From Octopus sinensis (taxonomy: Eukaryota), in the NCBI RefSeq assembly GCF_006345805.1, contig NC_043006.1, positions 95,046,001-95,110,000 on the forward strand: 64,000 bases of DNA, read 5' to 3'. This document shows positions 25,206-38,967 of this stretch, piece after piece (within the stretch, counting starts at the first letter, position 1; every line of letters starts with the position of its first letter). The notes under the pieces were generated by a model that saw nothing but the letters and a program-made list of their open reading frames with translations, was not told where the DNA came from and made no database searches. Made by a program: the position numbers and the translations under genes.

Positions 25206-27299
25206 CGCCGCCGCCGCCGAAAATATTATTAAAAAGTTTAATAAATATAGTGCAACAACAGCAACAACAACAACAACAACAGCAACAAGGACTGCAACAA
25301 TACAACACCAACAAAATACGAATCGAATGCAACAATCAAATACGAAAATACATAGAATGAAATTAAAAAAAAAACGTACAGAGGAATATAAAAAGAAAGC
25401 AACAACAAAAATAATTTCCAAACATTCTTTTCTAAATCATAAGAATGCAGCATGAAGTATTGTTCTGCGTGATAATATGTCCCAAGCTTCGATTGTTAAT
25501 ATTGATTGGTATATTTGATTCCCCTTTGTCTTTTGTGTTTGTTTTGTTTTTGTAGAGTATGTTGTTGTTTTTGTTTTTTTGTTGCATTCATTAATGAGGA
25601 AGTCCAACAATGGTCGGATACAGACAAAAATATTTTGTGGTGGAAAGAAACCCTCTAAAAATATCAGATCTGGAGACGTACAATTAGAAAGAATTATATT
25701 CGTTATATGGCGCCGGTTAAATAAAGTTAACTAACACATTATTACGGTGATAAATTCTCTCGGCTTTTGTGTGGGCCTCGTTATTGTAAACAAACAAATC
25801 TAAACAGTTAAGAGCAAAAAATAAAAACAAAACAAAGGATGATGATGATGATGATGACGATGATGATGATGATAATGATGGGATGGTGGTGGTGGGGTGG
25901 TAGAGTAGCGGGTGATGGTGGTGGTGGGGGTTTAGTGGGTGGTAATATTGGTGTTGGTGGTGGTGATGACGATGAAGGAGTTCCTGATGAGAAAATAAAT
26001 GGTTGTTATTTTAATAATGACAGCAATAATGGTTTCAGCAATTACAATTATGATGATGTCATATCCAAAATAAATGTAATAAGGATAATCTTGTTTGCGG
26101 GAGGGGGCCCAAGGGTGATATATTGAATATAAAAATGTTCATACATTTGCGTGTGCGTGTAGCTGTGAGTATGTTTGATATTAACGATGGAAGCGGTATC
26201 ATCTCAAAATAGTATTCTGTAAATATACTTAACATGGATACAGTGTAGAAAGACTCAAAACTGTGGTATTCTCCTCGACACAGTATCTCGTGGGGAAGCA
26301 TAGTGCTAAAAGTCACAGACATTCAGCAGTATAAGATGAAAACTATCCAGAAGTGTCGGTGTTAAATTGTTAAATCGAGATTTCTGCTTCCTTTAGTATC
26401 ATCTGAATAAAGCATTCACAGGCATCTGAATTCTTAGGCAAATAAATCCGTTATATGAAACATGTATAAGAATATATTAGCCACCTGCATATCATAGCTA
26501 ATGTAAATACATAATCAAAAGGTCAATTATTTGCGGTATAAATCCGGAGATAATGTTTTTTATGGATATTCAATGTTATAGAAACATATGTATCAGTAAC
26601 GACCGGAAATCTACCAGTGGTGGCTCTGAAATTTCTAGATTCACTTTTCTGCTTCTATACACTACTAACCGCATGCTAAGACATAATCCGCCGATTCTGG
26701 TGTGAGATAACTGTGAATGAAAAACTGCTGGTGCTGTAATTGTCCCACCGGCTGAATATCCAGTATTAGATTGAAATGGTTATCTGTGTATCATGTATCA
26801 TGTAAATATATTGAGTAAAAGTCGTAACTATGGCATTTGCTTGGATACATTATTTCTTCAGGACTTACTGATTTTTAAAATACTATTATATCTATAGCAA
26901 ACAAAAACCTTCCAACAGCGGTTGTGAGAGTGTCGGATGCGAGTTTGAGCCATTTTGCGCTTTGCGGTGCAAGTACTCAATGACAATCATATATTAAGAC
27001 AATATCTACTGGATTTGCAATTAGCCGACAGGCTGAATAAAAATCTGTCATATTCAACAGAATCAGTATGAGGTAAAAATGCCCTCTGTGTATCATCCTA
27101 GATGATAATAGAGACCCTTTAAGGATATACTTGCATTAAGCATAATTCAATTTCGGGCGCAGGGTGACCCTGACAATGATGGTCGATTCGATGCTGTGTG
27201 CTACATTCCGGTAGTCGTGGAGCCTCCAGAGGAAAGGAGACTAAAGACGGATATGTTGTGTGTACTTTCCCTTGAAATCATTGGCCGTCATGCCTGTAT

Positions 27300-27735
27300 A
27301 GTGCAAGATGATGCCATCGGATGGTGTAAAGGTGACTGCATATACTAAAGCCCCTGATAGACTGGCTCCTTCTAGAGGGCAACTGTTATGGTATTGGAGT
27401 TACAGGCTAGTTTGGAGGTGGTACAGGTGCATGTTTGCGACTGTCGTAGCGTGCAGGATTGTTTAACGATGATGAATGAAGTACCCATGTTTATAGGAGT
27501 GAATCTTTCAAGCCCCAAATAATTCCTCTCAACACATGGCTCTGATGCCTCTCCGCTACTGTCGCACGTGATGAGTGATGCACATACTGTCGTCCACTAA
27601 GGGAGATGCTCAACTGCTTAGGGTAAAAAACCTGACAAGCAGATCTGTGGTATTGACCAGAATATTTGATGCAGCCCGTCTTTTATACGAAGAGAAAACA
27701 TTATGAGTAGATGCCATAGGAACCACTACATGGTA
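27300..27735 (-). mobile_element. Old diverged relative of the ~550-bp AAT-associated element
   Basis: ctctcaacacatggc...cactaagggagatgctcaactg...ctgacaagcagatctgtggtattga..agaatatttg matches the reverse complement of 47632-48180. Adjacent to (ATC)n. Confidence 0.7.
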
Positions 27736-27751
27736 GTTTATCAAGTTATTT

Positions 27752-27805
<54 letters not shown>

Positions 27806-28401
27806 GTCATCAACATCATCATGATTGAACCGCAAGACCACCAGTCTTCGAGGGAGGCAGTTAATCAGTACTTCTAAAACCAGTGCCTAACTAATGCTTT
27901 ATTTTATCAAATGTTAACATGAAAAGCAGAGACGACTTTAGTGAGATTCGAACACAGAGCGTAAAATGACACAACTGCCGATTTCATAGTTCTAATAGTA
28001 CACTAACAGAATTATATTATGATGAAGACGATAACGAAGAAGAAGAAACGAAGAGGAAGTTTCAAATACACTAGTGTTTAACAAGGTGTAGACCAATTAT
28101 ATGACTTTTCTATATAATGATTTCAAACTTTACACATACACAAGCAACCTGAGCCACCTGGACAGCTAATTAAAGAGTATGCATCAATTCAGCTGTGAGA
28201 TGAACGTGCTTAATAATTTACAGCAAAATGTCATGTCTAATTCCAGAAAATCTAATTCAAATTAATATTCAACATACTAAGATAGATCTTCACTGTACGT
28301 CATGTCTTTTGACCAATTCCAGTTATATTAGCGCTGACGTCATTGCATTTGTTTAGCAACAGATCAACCCTGAGCAAACAACTTTATGATATACAATATA
28401 A

Positions 28402-28521
28402 CAGCCGTATATAGTTAAGAGATGAGGAATTATGTACGTTATTTCGATTCCAAGCAGTGACCTGAGTAATAATGTAAATAATAATAATAATGTAAATGAT
28501 ACTAATAATAGTAATAATAAT

Positions 28522-28563
<42 letters not shown>

Positions 28564-28579
28564 AATAATAATAATAATC

Positions 28580-28627
<48 letters not shown>

Positions 28628-29160
28628 TTAATAATAATAATGTGCATTTCTGATCATGAGTAGAAGTAGTGGAGGAGCATCATAGCCATGTGCTGAGAGG
28701 GATTCTTTGGGGTTTGAATAATTCACTTCTGGAAACATGGGTGTTTCGTTCAACATCTTTAAACAAACCTTATTCAGGGACCTTTTGTACGGGATGGGTT
28801 ACTCGAACGGAAGAAAATTCTAACAGGGCCCTACCTGCAAGGCCGTGTACTGTTCATCTTGATATGAGATCACCATGTCGTGCACATATGGTTGTGATGC
28901 ATGTGCCTGGAGTACCCTTATCAGACGGGTAGTCATGATGGGTATACTGGGCTTCGTATATATTACCCCAGTGTCACTTTGATGGCATGCACTGCTCTCT
29001 CAATGATAATGATAATGATAACATCGAAAAATACCTTAAGAATGAGAACCCAGGTTAGAAATTTCCCTAAGACACCCGATGAAAGCTGGAGAGTAGATCA
29101 GCCAAAATGTTTTAACAACAAACAAGATGAGGACAAATATTCGACAAATGTAAATAATGT
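28402..29160 (+). mobile_element. Family F4 copy, 5'-truncated with an inverted 3'-end fragment and a ~550-bp element inserted in its (AAT)n
   Basis: Inverted 3' end at ~28402-28443, partial tRNA head at 28445-28465, (AAT/AAC)n, insert at 28641-29001, hammerhead module at 29021-29160 showing CpG-type decay. Confidence 0.65.
28641..29001 (+). mobile_element. ~550-bp AAT-associated element, 5'-truncated copy
   Basis: Colinear with the 3' part of 47632-48180 and ends gcactgctctctc-aat. Confidence 0.85.
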
Positions 29161-29170
29161 AAAATATATA

Positions 29171-29206
<36 letters not shown>

Positions 29207-29291
29207 TGTATGTATGTATGTATGTATGTATGTATGTATGTATGTATGTATATATATATATGTATATGCATATATATGAATATATATTTAT

Positions 29292-29322
<31 letters not shown>

Positions 29323-29842
29323 AATATATAGAGAGAGACATATGGATGGGTGAGTGTATGTTAGTGTGTGTGTGTGTGTGCGTGCACGCTTATATATATA
29401 TATATATATAATTGGTAAACAGGACGTCAAACATTAAGTCATGGCAAACATCTCAAGTGATATACAATAATCCGTTACAGCACTTACCTAGCGTACCTAA
29501 TTGTTTAGATCACCTGTGAACTAAACAACAGTACTTTGTACATATATGTATATGGGTGTGTGTGTGTATATATATATATGTGCAGGTGTGTGTGTAATTG
29601 TTGAAACTTATATAGTAGTTAGAAGTTAGAAGTTCCAGTTCTTTGAAGCAACAAGATTTGATGTGTATATAAATTGATTGGCCACTTATTTCTCTGTGCT
29701 AGGTCATGTGATGTAGAAACTTCTGATAAGACGTCAATTAGCGGCGAAAATCGATTTCGGTTGTTTTCAATCTAGGAAAAAATTAGTTTGCTATTATTGT
29801 AAGCCTACTACGTATGCCTATTTATACATGCAAATATATATG

Positions 29843-29889
<47 letters not shown>

Positions 29890-29940
29890 ATGTATGTATG
29901 TATATATGTATATATATGGATATATGTATACATACGTATG

Positions 29941-29996
<56 letters not shown>

Positions 29997-30039
29997 CATG
30001 CATATACATACATACATGCATATACATACATACATACTC

Positions 30040-30076
<37 letters not shown>

Positions 30077-31589
30077 ATATATATATTATATGATGACCAA
30101 AGCAGCATTCCAAATCTGACCATTAGATGTCTTGCAAACAATTTGCACATGCAAGTGCTACCAGTCAAAAACTCCGCATACCGGAAGCCAGCATGTGTAT
30201 GGGGTCATCAGGAGAGAATGCGCGCCGTTTCGGTGGCCTACCTGTCGACGGCATCAATGTGCACCGGCCCTCTTCACTGATTTGAGTCTCCGCTTGCTAG
30301 ATCAGCTGGTTATCAAAGTCTTTATCTCGGAAATCTGTATCCTGCTTCATTTCGACAGCAGCAAGTATTCCCGGCACTAGCAAAGCACTGGTAACTATAT
30401 TAGTGATACCAATGCACATAGCACATATGAACCTTAAGCCTCTAGAGTCGAAGGGTCTATGGGAAACTGCTCAGTGTGCATTTGGTTTAGGGCAGTACTG
30501 AATATTACTTCGTGTTGTTGATAGTGATAGCGGCCATGTTGCTAGTGGTAGGGACGGCAGCAATGACAGTGTTACACGGTGCCAATTATTTGTAATAATG
30601 CGCATGTTTGCAATCATAGAACGTTGTTTTAGAATTTCAGTTTATGAACATTTACCACTATCACTGACATCTCTATTAATGATCTAGAAATCAACAAACA
30701 CTATACTGTTGTATGTTGGCTGGTGACGTTGAATTGATTGCTAAAATCAAAACGTTAGGCTGTTATTGGAAGAGGGTTGCCTTTTCTAATTGCCTCTATC
30801 CCGAATGGTATAGCAAATCTGAATATCAAGTATGTGATTCAATTGGATTCTGTATACAGTCAGGAAAGCGGTTTTGTTTGTCTTAGCCTAGAGTTTATAT
30901 TTCATTCAGGGAAAATCTCTACGGATAATGTCAAACATAAAACGTAGATACCCAAATAATTTTTAGAACTCTGATAGAAAAAGCATTGTACTATATTAAT
31001 CCATCGAAAGAGCTACACGTGTGTGTGTGTGTATGTGTGTGTGTGTGTGTGAGTGAGTGCACGTGCGTGTCGGTGAATGTTTGTAGAAGGAAGTACTTAT
31101 GTATCTTAGAATCGGTGGGATATCTCAGAGCTATACTGAATGCAGTCAAGGATATCTGTAAATCAGATGTTGGATTTATGGACATGTAAAGAATTACAGA
31201 CATGAAGAGAAATGACAATTGTGCCCTTATTTATGAAAGGACTCAGCGGATTATGAGATAATAATAAAAGGTTATCATTTCTTCGTTTTGTCTTCTACGT
31301 GTTTTAGTCTTGAGACTGCGGCCATACTGGGGCACCGTCCTGAAGAATTTCAGTCGAAAGAATCGACCACCAGTACTTATTTTAAACGTTTATTATTGTT
31401 ATTATTATTTTTATTGTTTTACTTTTTGTAAGTCTGATACTTAGTCCAGCGGTTACTTCTGCTGAACACACACACACACACACATCTATATTTATGTACA
31501 TATAACTTGTTTATTTCATAAATTTGTCATATAGACAGTACAAAGAGCTTCGCGGGCTGGACAAATACATTAATGAATGAAAATGAATT

Positions 31590-32850
31590 ATAATGAATAA
31601 ATGAGAGACGAAACCCGACACCCACCGAATGGATTTTTCTCGAAAACATATTTTCTTTTTTTTTAAATCAATATAAGGTTTCGAACCTTTTACAAGGAGG
31701 AGGCACTAAAACCTCTTACTTAACATATTTTTTTTCTTTCTTAAAACACAAAATTGAGGTTATAAACCACTAAAAAATAATTCAATAAGATGAGGTTTCA
31801 AACCCTGTAACGAGGGTCTTTCACCTCCTACTCTTCGATATATCCATCGATATATTCATCATTATCTTCAATGCTGCTTGAGTTCCTGTATCCCGCCATT
31901 TCCCATGCCTCACTCATGTAGGACATGTAAGTCATGTAAGGGCCACCCGGCCATATGCGACACTCCTCCCCAAATCCTTTAAGCCTTTCCCACAAAGGAA
32001 ACCTTATGACCTCCACAGCTATCTGCGGAGGCCATTCGGGATCCCGTGTGAAGGGCATATCTACTGTTTCTTTATGTTTTTCTACTATTTTTTCCACCTC
32101 CCCGCCCTTTAAGGGTGGGGTGGTTTCTTCCACCATGGGTGGCACAACTTCCGGACATGCAGTCGGCACATTATCTCCCCGCTGAGATAACCCGTTCTTC
32201 TTCCTTCTTTTTTTCTTTTCTTCCTGACTTCGGGAGAGTGGAGTTCTTCCGCTTTGTCCGGAGACACTCCCCCGCCTCCCGAAGCCTTAGGTTCCTTCGG
32301 CGGGCAACTATTCTTGCCCGCCTTCTTCCTTTTTAATCCTTTTTGAGTTGAGGAGGCTGAAGCCTCCTCGACCACATCCACCTCTCCCTTTGACCGGGTA
32401 GGGGAGGTGGCATCTAGTGACTGTTCCAGGACCTTACCATGGTCCTGGGGGCAGTTCCTTTTAATGTGGCCTGGCTGCAGGCACGAGTGACACTTTGGGA
32501 GACGTCCCTCAAGTATCACCGGATACCTGCAGCCAGCCATTTTCAAGAAATCTGGTAAAACCAGTTCTGTTGCGCCCGATGGGGTCCACAGTGTCAAAAT
32601 CGCTTTTGACCCTTCCCAATCGACCGCCGGCAATACTCTTACATTTATGAGTCTGGGCCCGCCATCCCCCAATCCCCGTCGGATGGTATCTTCAATCCAA
32701 TCCGCTTCGGTGCCCGGGGGGAGCCCACATAACCAGGCTCGTATTAATTTTCTTCCACAATATGACGGGAGAAACAGGATTTCCTTGCCTTCTAAAGGCT
32801 GACTCGCAAACAGCCGAGCCTTTTCCCCGTTGTCAAACAGCAACCATACG
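31590..32850 (-). mobile_element. Non-LTR element encoding only an L1/Tx1-type ORF1 (gag-like, CCHC knuckle), 5'-truncated; ORF split at ~32110-32170
   Basis: ORF 32843-32109 contains RLPKCHSCLQPGHIKRNCP (CX2CX4HX4C) after an RRM-like region. An overlapping ORF 32169-31828 continues it. No ORF2 motifs lie downstream before the ATT-rich tail. Confidence 0.7.
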
Positions 32851-33421
32851 GTTTAGAATAAGAAATATTTTTAACCGCATTTCATTTTCTCTGTTGAAAG
32901 ATTTCGATTGAAATGACGTCAAACAGAAATATGTCTCAAAATAAGAAAATGTCTTCAGTCAAATAAACATTAGAATTTATTCAAATCATTTGTTATATAA
33001 CGTAAGTGAAAATATTTATTTAATATAGATAATAATTCTTTCTTGCGAGGTTTTAGCAGAAGGTCAGTAATTATGAATATGAATGAAAGTCGAATCTATT
33101 CCATTGTTCCCGGTGTTCAATTAAGAATTATTTAATCGACTTCGAAAGAATGAAACGCAAAGCCATCTCGGTGATATTTGACATCAGAAAATAATAGCCG
33201 GAAGATATTTCGCGAAATATTTTATGTATGTATGTATGTATGTATGTATATATACATTATATTATATATTACTATACATATCTCTAATATTATATATATA
33301 TATATATACCACATACATATATACATATATATATATATTATATATATAATATATATATACATACTATATAATATATATAATATATATATATATACATATC
33401 TCTCTCTCTATATATATACAC

Positions 33422-33474
<53 letters not shown>

Positions 33475-33492
33475 CATACATACCTATATATA

Positions 33493-33536
<44 letters not shown>

Positions 33537-33918
33537 ACACACCCACACACACTATATATATATATATAATATATAATATATATGTACACGGCAAAAAAGA
33601 AAACGAAGGGGATAAGAAAATGACATACATCAGTCGGTGGACATTCTATTACGTCTATTTATTATAAAACATACGGAAGTATTATAAGAATACATGCACA
33701 TGCAAAGACTGATGCTACACAAAATATGTACAAGTAATACATAAAAGTGTAAAATATTAAAAGATCAGTTCCTTACCACTGTTTCGGCCAAGAGGCCGCG
33801 ATATCATCCGTGCTACCTCCATCTCTTCAGTGTTCTGTAATAATGCCTAGATATAGTTTGGATGTTGAGTGTGCTCTAACTCTCACGGAAATAAATAAAT
33901 AAATAAATATATATATAT

Positions 33919-34404
33919 ATGAGTAAATATTCAGAAGTAAATATTTGTATAGGTATTATTGTTGTTATAATATCTGCGGTAATATAAATGGTTGATAAAT
34001 GCAACAACAATAATATAGATGGTTGTAGGCCTAAACTAGCTTTAGATAGCTAGAGAATTAAAATATATATCAATCATAAGGGTAAACGAAGCTCCTAACT
34101 GCTAGATGAGATAAAACCTTCACTGAAACCACGAAAAACACTGATTTTGTAGTGCTTTTCAGTGTTATTGGTAGTTTAAGTGAGGGTTTTAACACACCTT
34201 TCTAGCAGGCAGGCGTCTTCTACGCCTTTATGGTTGATATAGACTTTTATTCTCTTGCTATCTCAAGGTATTTTAGGCCTGCAACCATCTATATTATTGT
34301 TGTTGCATTTATCAACTATTTATATTACCGAAGATAGTAATATCAATAGTAATATCAATAATAATATCAATAATATAAATATTCACTACTGAATATTTAC
34401 TCAT
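33919..34404. repeat. Diverged inverted repeat (arms ~33919-34035 and ~34272-34404)
   Basis: ttgataaatgcaacaacaataatatagatggttgtaggcctaaa pairs with tttaggcctgcaaccatctatattattgttgttgcatttatcaa. Confidence 0.8.
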
Positions 34405-34434
34405 ATGTGTGTGTATATACATATATATATATAG

Positions 34435-35099
34435 ATATAAATCAAATTACAGATAAAACCACCATTAGGCAAATCAAACAGTGAAAAACATAAACCAAAA
34501 CATAAAAATAAAAATAATTAATAAAATATAAAAATATATAAAAAATATAAAATTTAAAAATTAAATTATTTAAATTTCAAATAAATAATTTGTGTTTATA
34601 CATTTTTATTCTTCTTAAAATATTTTTTAAATTTAAATTAATAAACTTTTAAATTAAAAATTTTTTTAATTTAAAAAATTTTTTAATTTTTAAACTTTAA
34701 AAATATATATATATATAACTATCAAAAAGTATTAAAAAGTTTAATATAAGATAATAATATAAGATAATATAAGATAATACTTATTATCTTATATTAAACT
34801 TTTAAATACTTTTTGATAGTTATATATATTTAAAATAAATTTAAAATTAAAAAAATTTAAAACATTTAAAAGTTTAAAAAATTAAAAAGTTTATTAATTT
34901 AAATTTAAAAAATATTTTAAGAAGTATAAAAATTTATAAATATAAATTAATAATTCTAAATTTAAATAATTTAATTTTTAAATTTTATATTTTTAACATA
35001 TTTTGTATATTTTATTAATCATTTTTATTTTTATGTTTTAGTCTGTTTTTCACTGTTTGATTTGCCTAATGGTGGTTTTATCTCTAATTTAATTTATAT
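34435..35099. repeat. ~665-bp AT-rich palindromic element (arms ~320 bp, 23-bp centre)
   Basis: gataaaaccaccattaggcaaatcaaacagtgaaaaac pairs with gtttttcactgtttgatttgcctaatggtggttttatc. The centre is tandem taatataaga. Confidence 0.85.
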
Positions 35100-35182
35100 T
35101 TATGCTGTGAAATTAGATTTAATCCTAAATCTAATCTTTCCCTGTAAGTTTGGATTTACTCCCTAATATTATCATTATATAT

Positions 35183-35218
<36 letters not shown>

Positions 35219-35269
35219 GATATATATATATATATATATACATATATAAGAGAACATAGTGTACATACG

Positions 35270-35310
<41 letters not shown>

Positions 35311-36147
35311 AAAAAATACAAAATTGGACAAGAGCGCAAAACGTCCAGAAGACGATACAAAAAACACGGACGGGTCATTCGAAGCCTGTAATCTTCAGTC
35401 AAGAACCGGATCATCCTCGCAATTTCGGCTGATTAATCTTGAGATTGCTACAATCTGGCCAACCCCAAGGAAAAAGTAAGCTACGAGCATTAGATTTCTT
35501 GGAAAAAAGCTTCGAATATATACGAAACAAGGACGGGAAAATGGACGATATTACACGAATATAATCACAAAAGTAATAAGAAAAAACAATAATAATAATA
35601 ATAACAGGACATCACAACAGGCGTCTTTCGACGTGAAAACGAATTGAATTCAGCTGGCGTGTGTGGAGTTTAAGCCTTACGGCCCAGAAGTAAGTTGTTG
35701 ATGTTACCAAACGCAAAGAGTCCAGTAGTCGGCCAGCGGTCACGTGAGAAGAGAAGAGAGAGGAAAAGGGGGACAAAGAAATTAATGAGGGGGAGAAGAG
35801 AAAGAAAATGAGTAACAAAGGAAATATATATATATATATGTATATTCATATATGTGTTTTGTGTATGTGTGTGTGTGTGTGTATGTAGGATATATCTATA
35901 TAGGTGCGCACACAAACACACTCAAGTATTTATACGTGTGTGTATATATATGTATACGTTTACATTTACATATAAATGTATATATATGTATGTGTGTGCG
36001 CGCGTGTGCGTGGATACGTATTACGTAAAAGCATATAAGATATTGCAAATGTATATACATAGGGATGCAGGTATATATGCAGGCAATAAGTATATGGATA
36101 TATATATATGAGTGTTTATGTGTTTGTATGTCTGTCTGTCTGCGTAT

Positions 36148-36258
36148 GTCGCCGAGGTCGACTTTGCCTTTCATCCTTTTGGGGTCGATAAATTAAGTAC
36201 CAGTTGCGTACTGGGGGTGATCTAATCGTCTAGCCCCCGGTCCTTGTGCCTTGATTAG
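36148..36258 (+). mobile_element. Family C SINE, partial
   Basis: cgccgaggtcgactttgcctttcatccttttggggtcgataaattaagtaccag. Confidence 0.8.
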
Positions 36259-36581
36259 AAAAGATATATGTATATGTACATAAATATATATATATATGTG
36301 TGTGTATATATATATATATATACATGTATATATATATACATGTATATGTATATAAATATATATATATATAGGTGTGTATAGATGTATAGTATATATGTAT
36401 ATATATATAGATTTATATGTATATATATATACATATATATGTACACATATATACATAATACTTATATTTATATATACGTACAAATATACATTAACATACA
36501 TATTTACGTATACATACATATATACATATATATATGTATGTATATATATATATATTATATATATATATATGTATATATGTA

Positions 36582-36689
<108 letters not shown>

Positions 36690-36690
36690 T

Positions 36691-37000
36691 GTAGGTGTTG
36701 CTGTGTGGTAAGAAACTTTGTTCGAATCACCTGGTATTGGGTTCAGTCCCACTTTGTGACAAACTGGCGTGTGCCTCAGATCAACCAAAGACTTGTGTGT
36801 GGATTTGCTAGTCAGAAACTGAAAGAAATCCATCCTGTATACATGTACATATGTAAATGAATGTGCGTGTCTTTGTGTCTGTATTTCTCCCTCATCACAG
36901 CTTGACAACAAGTGTTGCTTTATTTATATCCCCATAACTTACTGATTTGACAAGATGAGAGCGAGATAATGAGTTCCAGGCTTATCAAAATAAAAAAATA
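36691..37000 (+). mobile_element. SINE family A, diverged
   Basis: ggtgttgctgtgtggtaag...gggttcagtcccac...ggatttgctagtcagaaactgaaagaa...cttgacaac. Confidence 0.7.
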
Positions 37001-37269
37001 ATAAATGCTCCAGCATCTCATCAGTTATTAAGACTTCAGACCCGGCACACAAAACTCTGAGTTTTAGGACAACCAAATAAATGTGACATATTATATCTAT
37101 AGACATGTTTCTCTATTTACATAATATCGAGATCTCATTCACTCTTTTGTTGTCATATTATTATTATTAATATATGTATATATATATCTACTTATATATA
37201 ATTATATACTTATAAATATATATACATGTATACATATATATATGCTTATATATCAACACACATACACAG

Positions 37270-37310
<41 letters not shown>

Positions 37311-37523
37311 TGTACGTGTATATATTCTATGTATGATGCAACTACATTCATTTCTGTTATATACATATGTTTATATCTTTTGCCGTAACGTATCTTGAGT
37401 GATTTAAATGGATAATAATTTTACTGACGAGTTCAAATGTACTTTGTGAAAAAGAAATGTCACTTAGATATTGACAGTTACACACGCACACACACATACA
37501 CACGCATATATATATATATGTAA

Positions 37524-37566
<43 letters not shown>

Positions 37567-37574
37567 TGTATATG

Positions 37575-37638
<64 letters not shown>

Positions 37639-38055
37639 CATATATAATTTCCTAGTCACACATAAAAGTAACCAAGGATGAAATTAGAAAATAATGGAAC
37701 CAATTTCAAAGAAAATTGGAAAAATCGAAAATGGAAGTTTTTCAGAATTGAAAAAGAATCACTAAAAACTAAAGAGAATTTTGGCACATTAGTTTAAGAA
37801 TGTCAGGAATCCGTAATAGACTTCGCTTTCTATAACAATACCAAAGAGGAATACTTCTTATTATTACTCCACACATGGTTTCCTTTTTGAATATGCCTCA
37901 AGAAATTAAATTCATAAATAGTAAAGCTGAAGAAAAAAAATTATATCATTTTCCACGTTTAGATAAAATGTCTGCATATCAATTTGTAAATCTTCCTTAC
38001 TTACTTATATTTCCCCTTCTCTGTCTCTCCCTCTCTCCCTTGGTGTATGCATGAG

Positions 38056-38090
<35 letters not shown>

Positions 38091-38774
38091 ACACATATAT
38101 ATATGTATACATAGATATACATACATACATATATGTATATGCGAAAAATATATATAGGGTAGTGAGATTTTTTTATAAAATCCACTACCAGTGGCCTACT
38201 ATGTATAAAAATCAATAGACAACATATTTTCAATATAAAATAGTGTACATTTAAACACAAGAGATAACTGCCTTCAACAGGCAGTTTTTACACGCTAGAA
38301 GTAGACAAAACGACAAAAACTACGTTTAAGAGCAATCTTCAAAAGGAATGAAAGATAAAAACTTTTACCTTGTTATTTTTATTCCGGTCAGACCAAGGTT
38401 TCTAAACTTTTTTAGCAAATAAAATATTTTGCGAGGGGAATTTTTCATCAGTGACCGCGCCATAACAATAACATATAATTGCGAGACGAGTAACATGTGT
38501 CTCTTCGTTATACATCATAATTTTTCAAATTCAACGCGCAAGCGCGGTTTCACTCACCATATATGTATATATGCATATATGTATAATTCAATATAAACAG
38601 TAAAGCAGACATGAGCTACTAATGGTAGCTTGGAGACGCGGTTCTACACATGTTCTATAACACGCCTTGCATCTCCAAGCAATCTCCTCTATAAAAGCAT
38701 ATGGTCGAGTCAATTTTGTAAATCAGGACGCTGTATTCATGTATGTATATATTAATTTTTATCTACATTAATTA

Positions 38775-38967
38775 TCACGTGATCACGTGACCGACCAGAC
38801 CATCAGATGTTGTTACACATCGCTGGTCACAATGCGTTCGCATTGTTTTAGCCTTCGAATGACGCCACCCCGCTGGCTAAGCGAGCAGGCCAACAGAAGA
38901 AAGAGTGAGAGAAAGTGTGTTGAAAGAGTACAGCAGGGATCACCACCCCCTGCCAGAGCCTCGTGGA
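38775..38967 (-). mobile_element. SINE family B (tail type 1), head lost at the junction with the Dong/R4 LINE
   Basis: Homologous to 4606-4800 and ends at gcctcgtgga where LINE sequence begins. Confidence 0.8.

Noticed and set aside
30195-30245. GAAAC...CTGATGA on the minus strand as a type II hammerhead
   Set aside because: The flanks (ggccacc / ccccat) cannot form stem II.
35330-35600. cagccGAAAT and CTGAAGA motifs in a minus-strand repeat
   Set aside because: The core elements are not in the required order or spacing.
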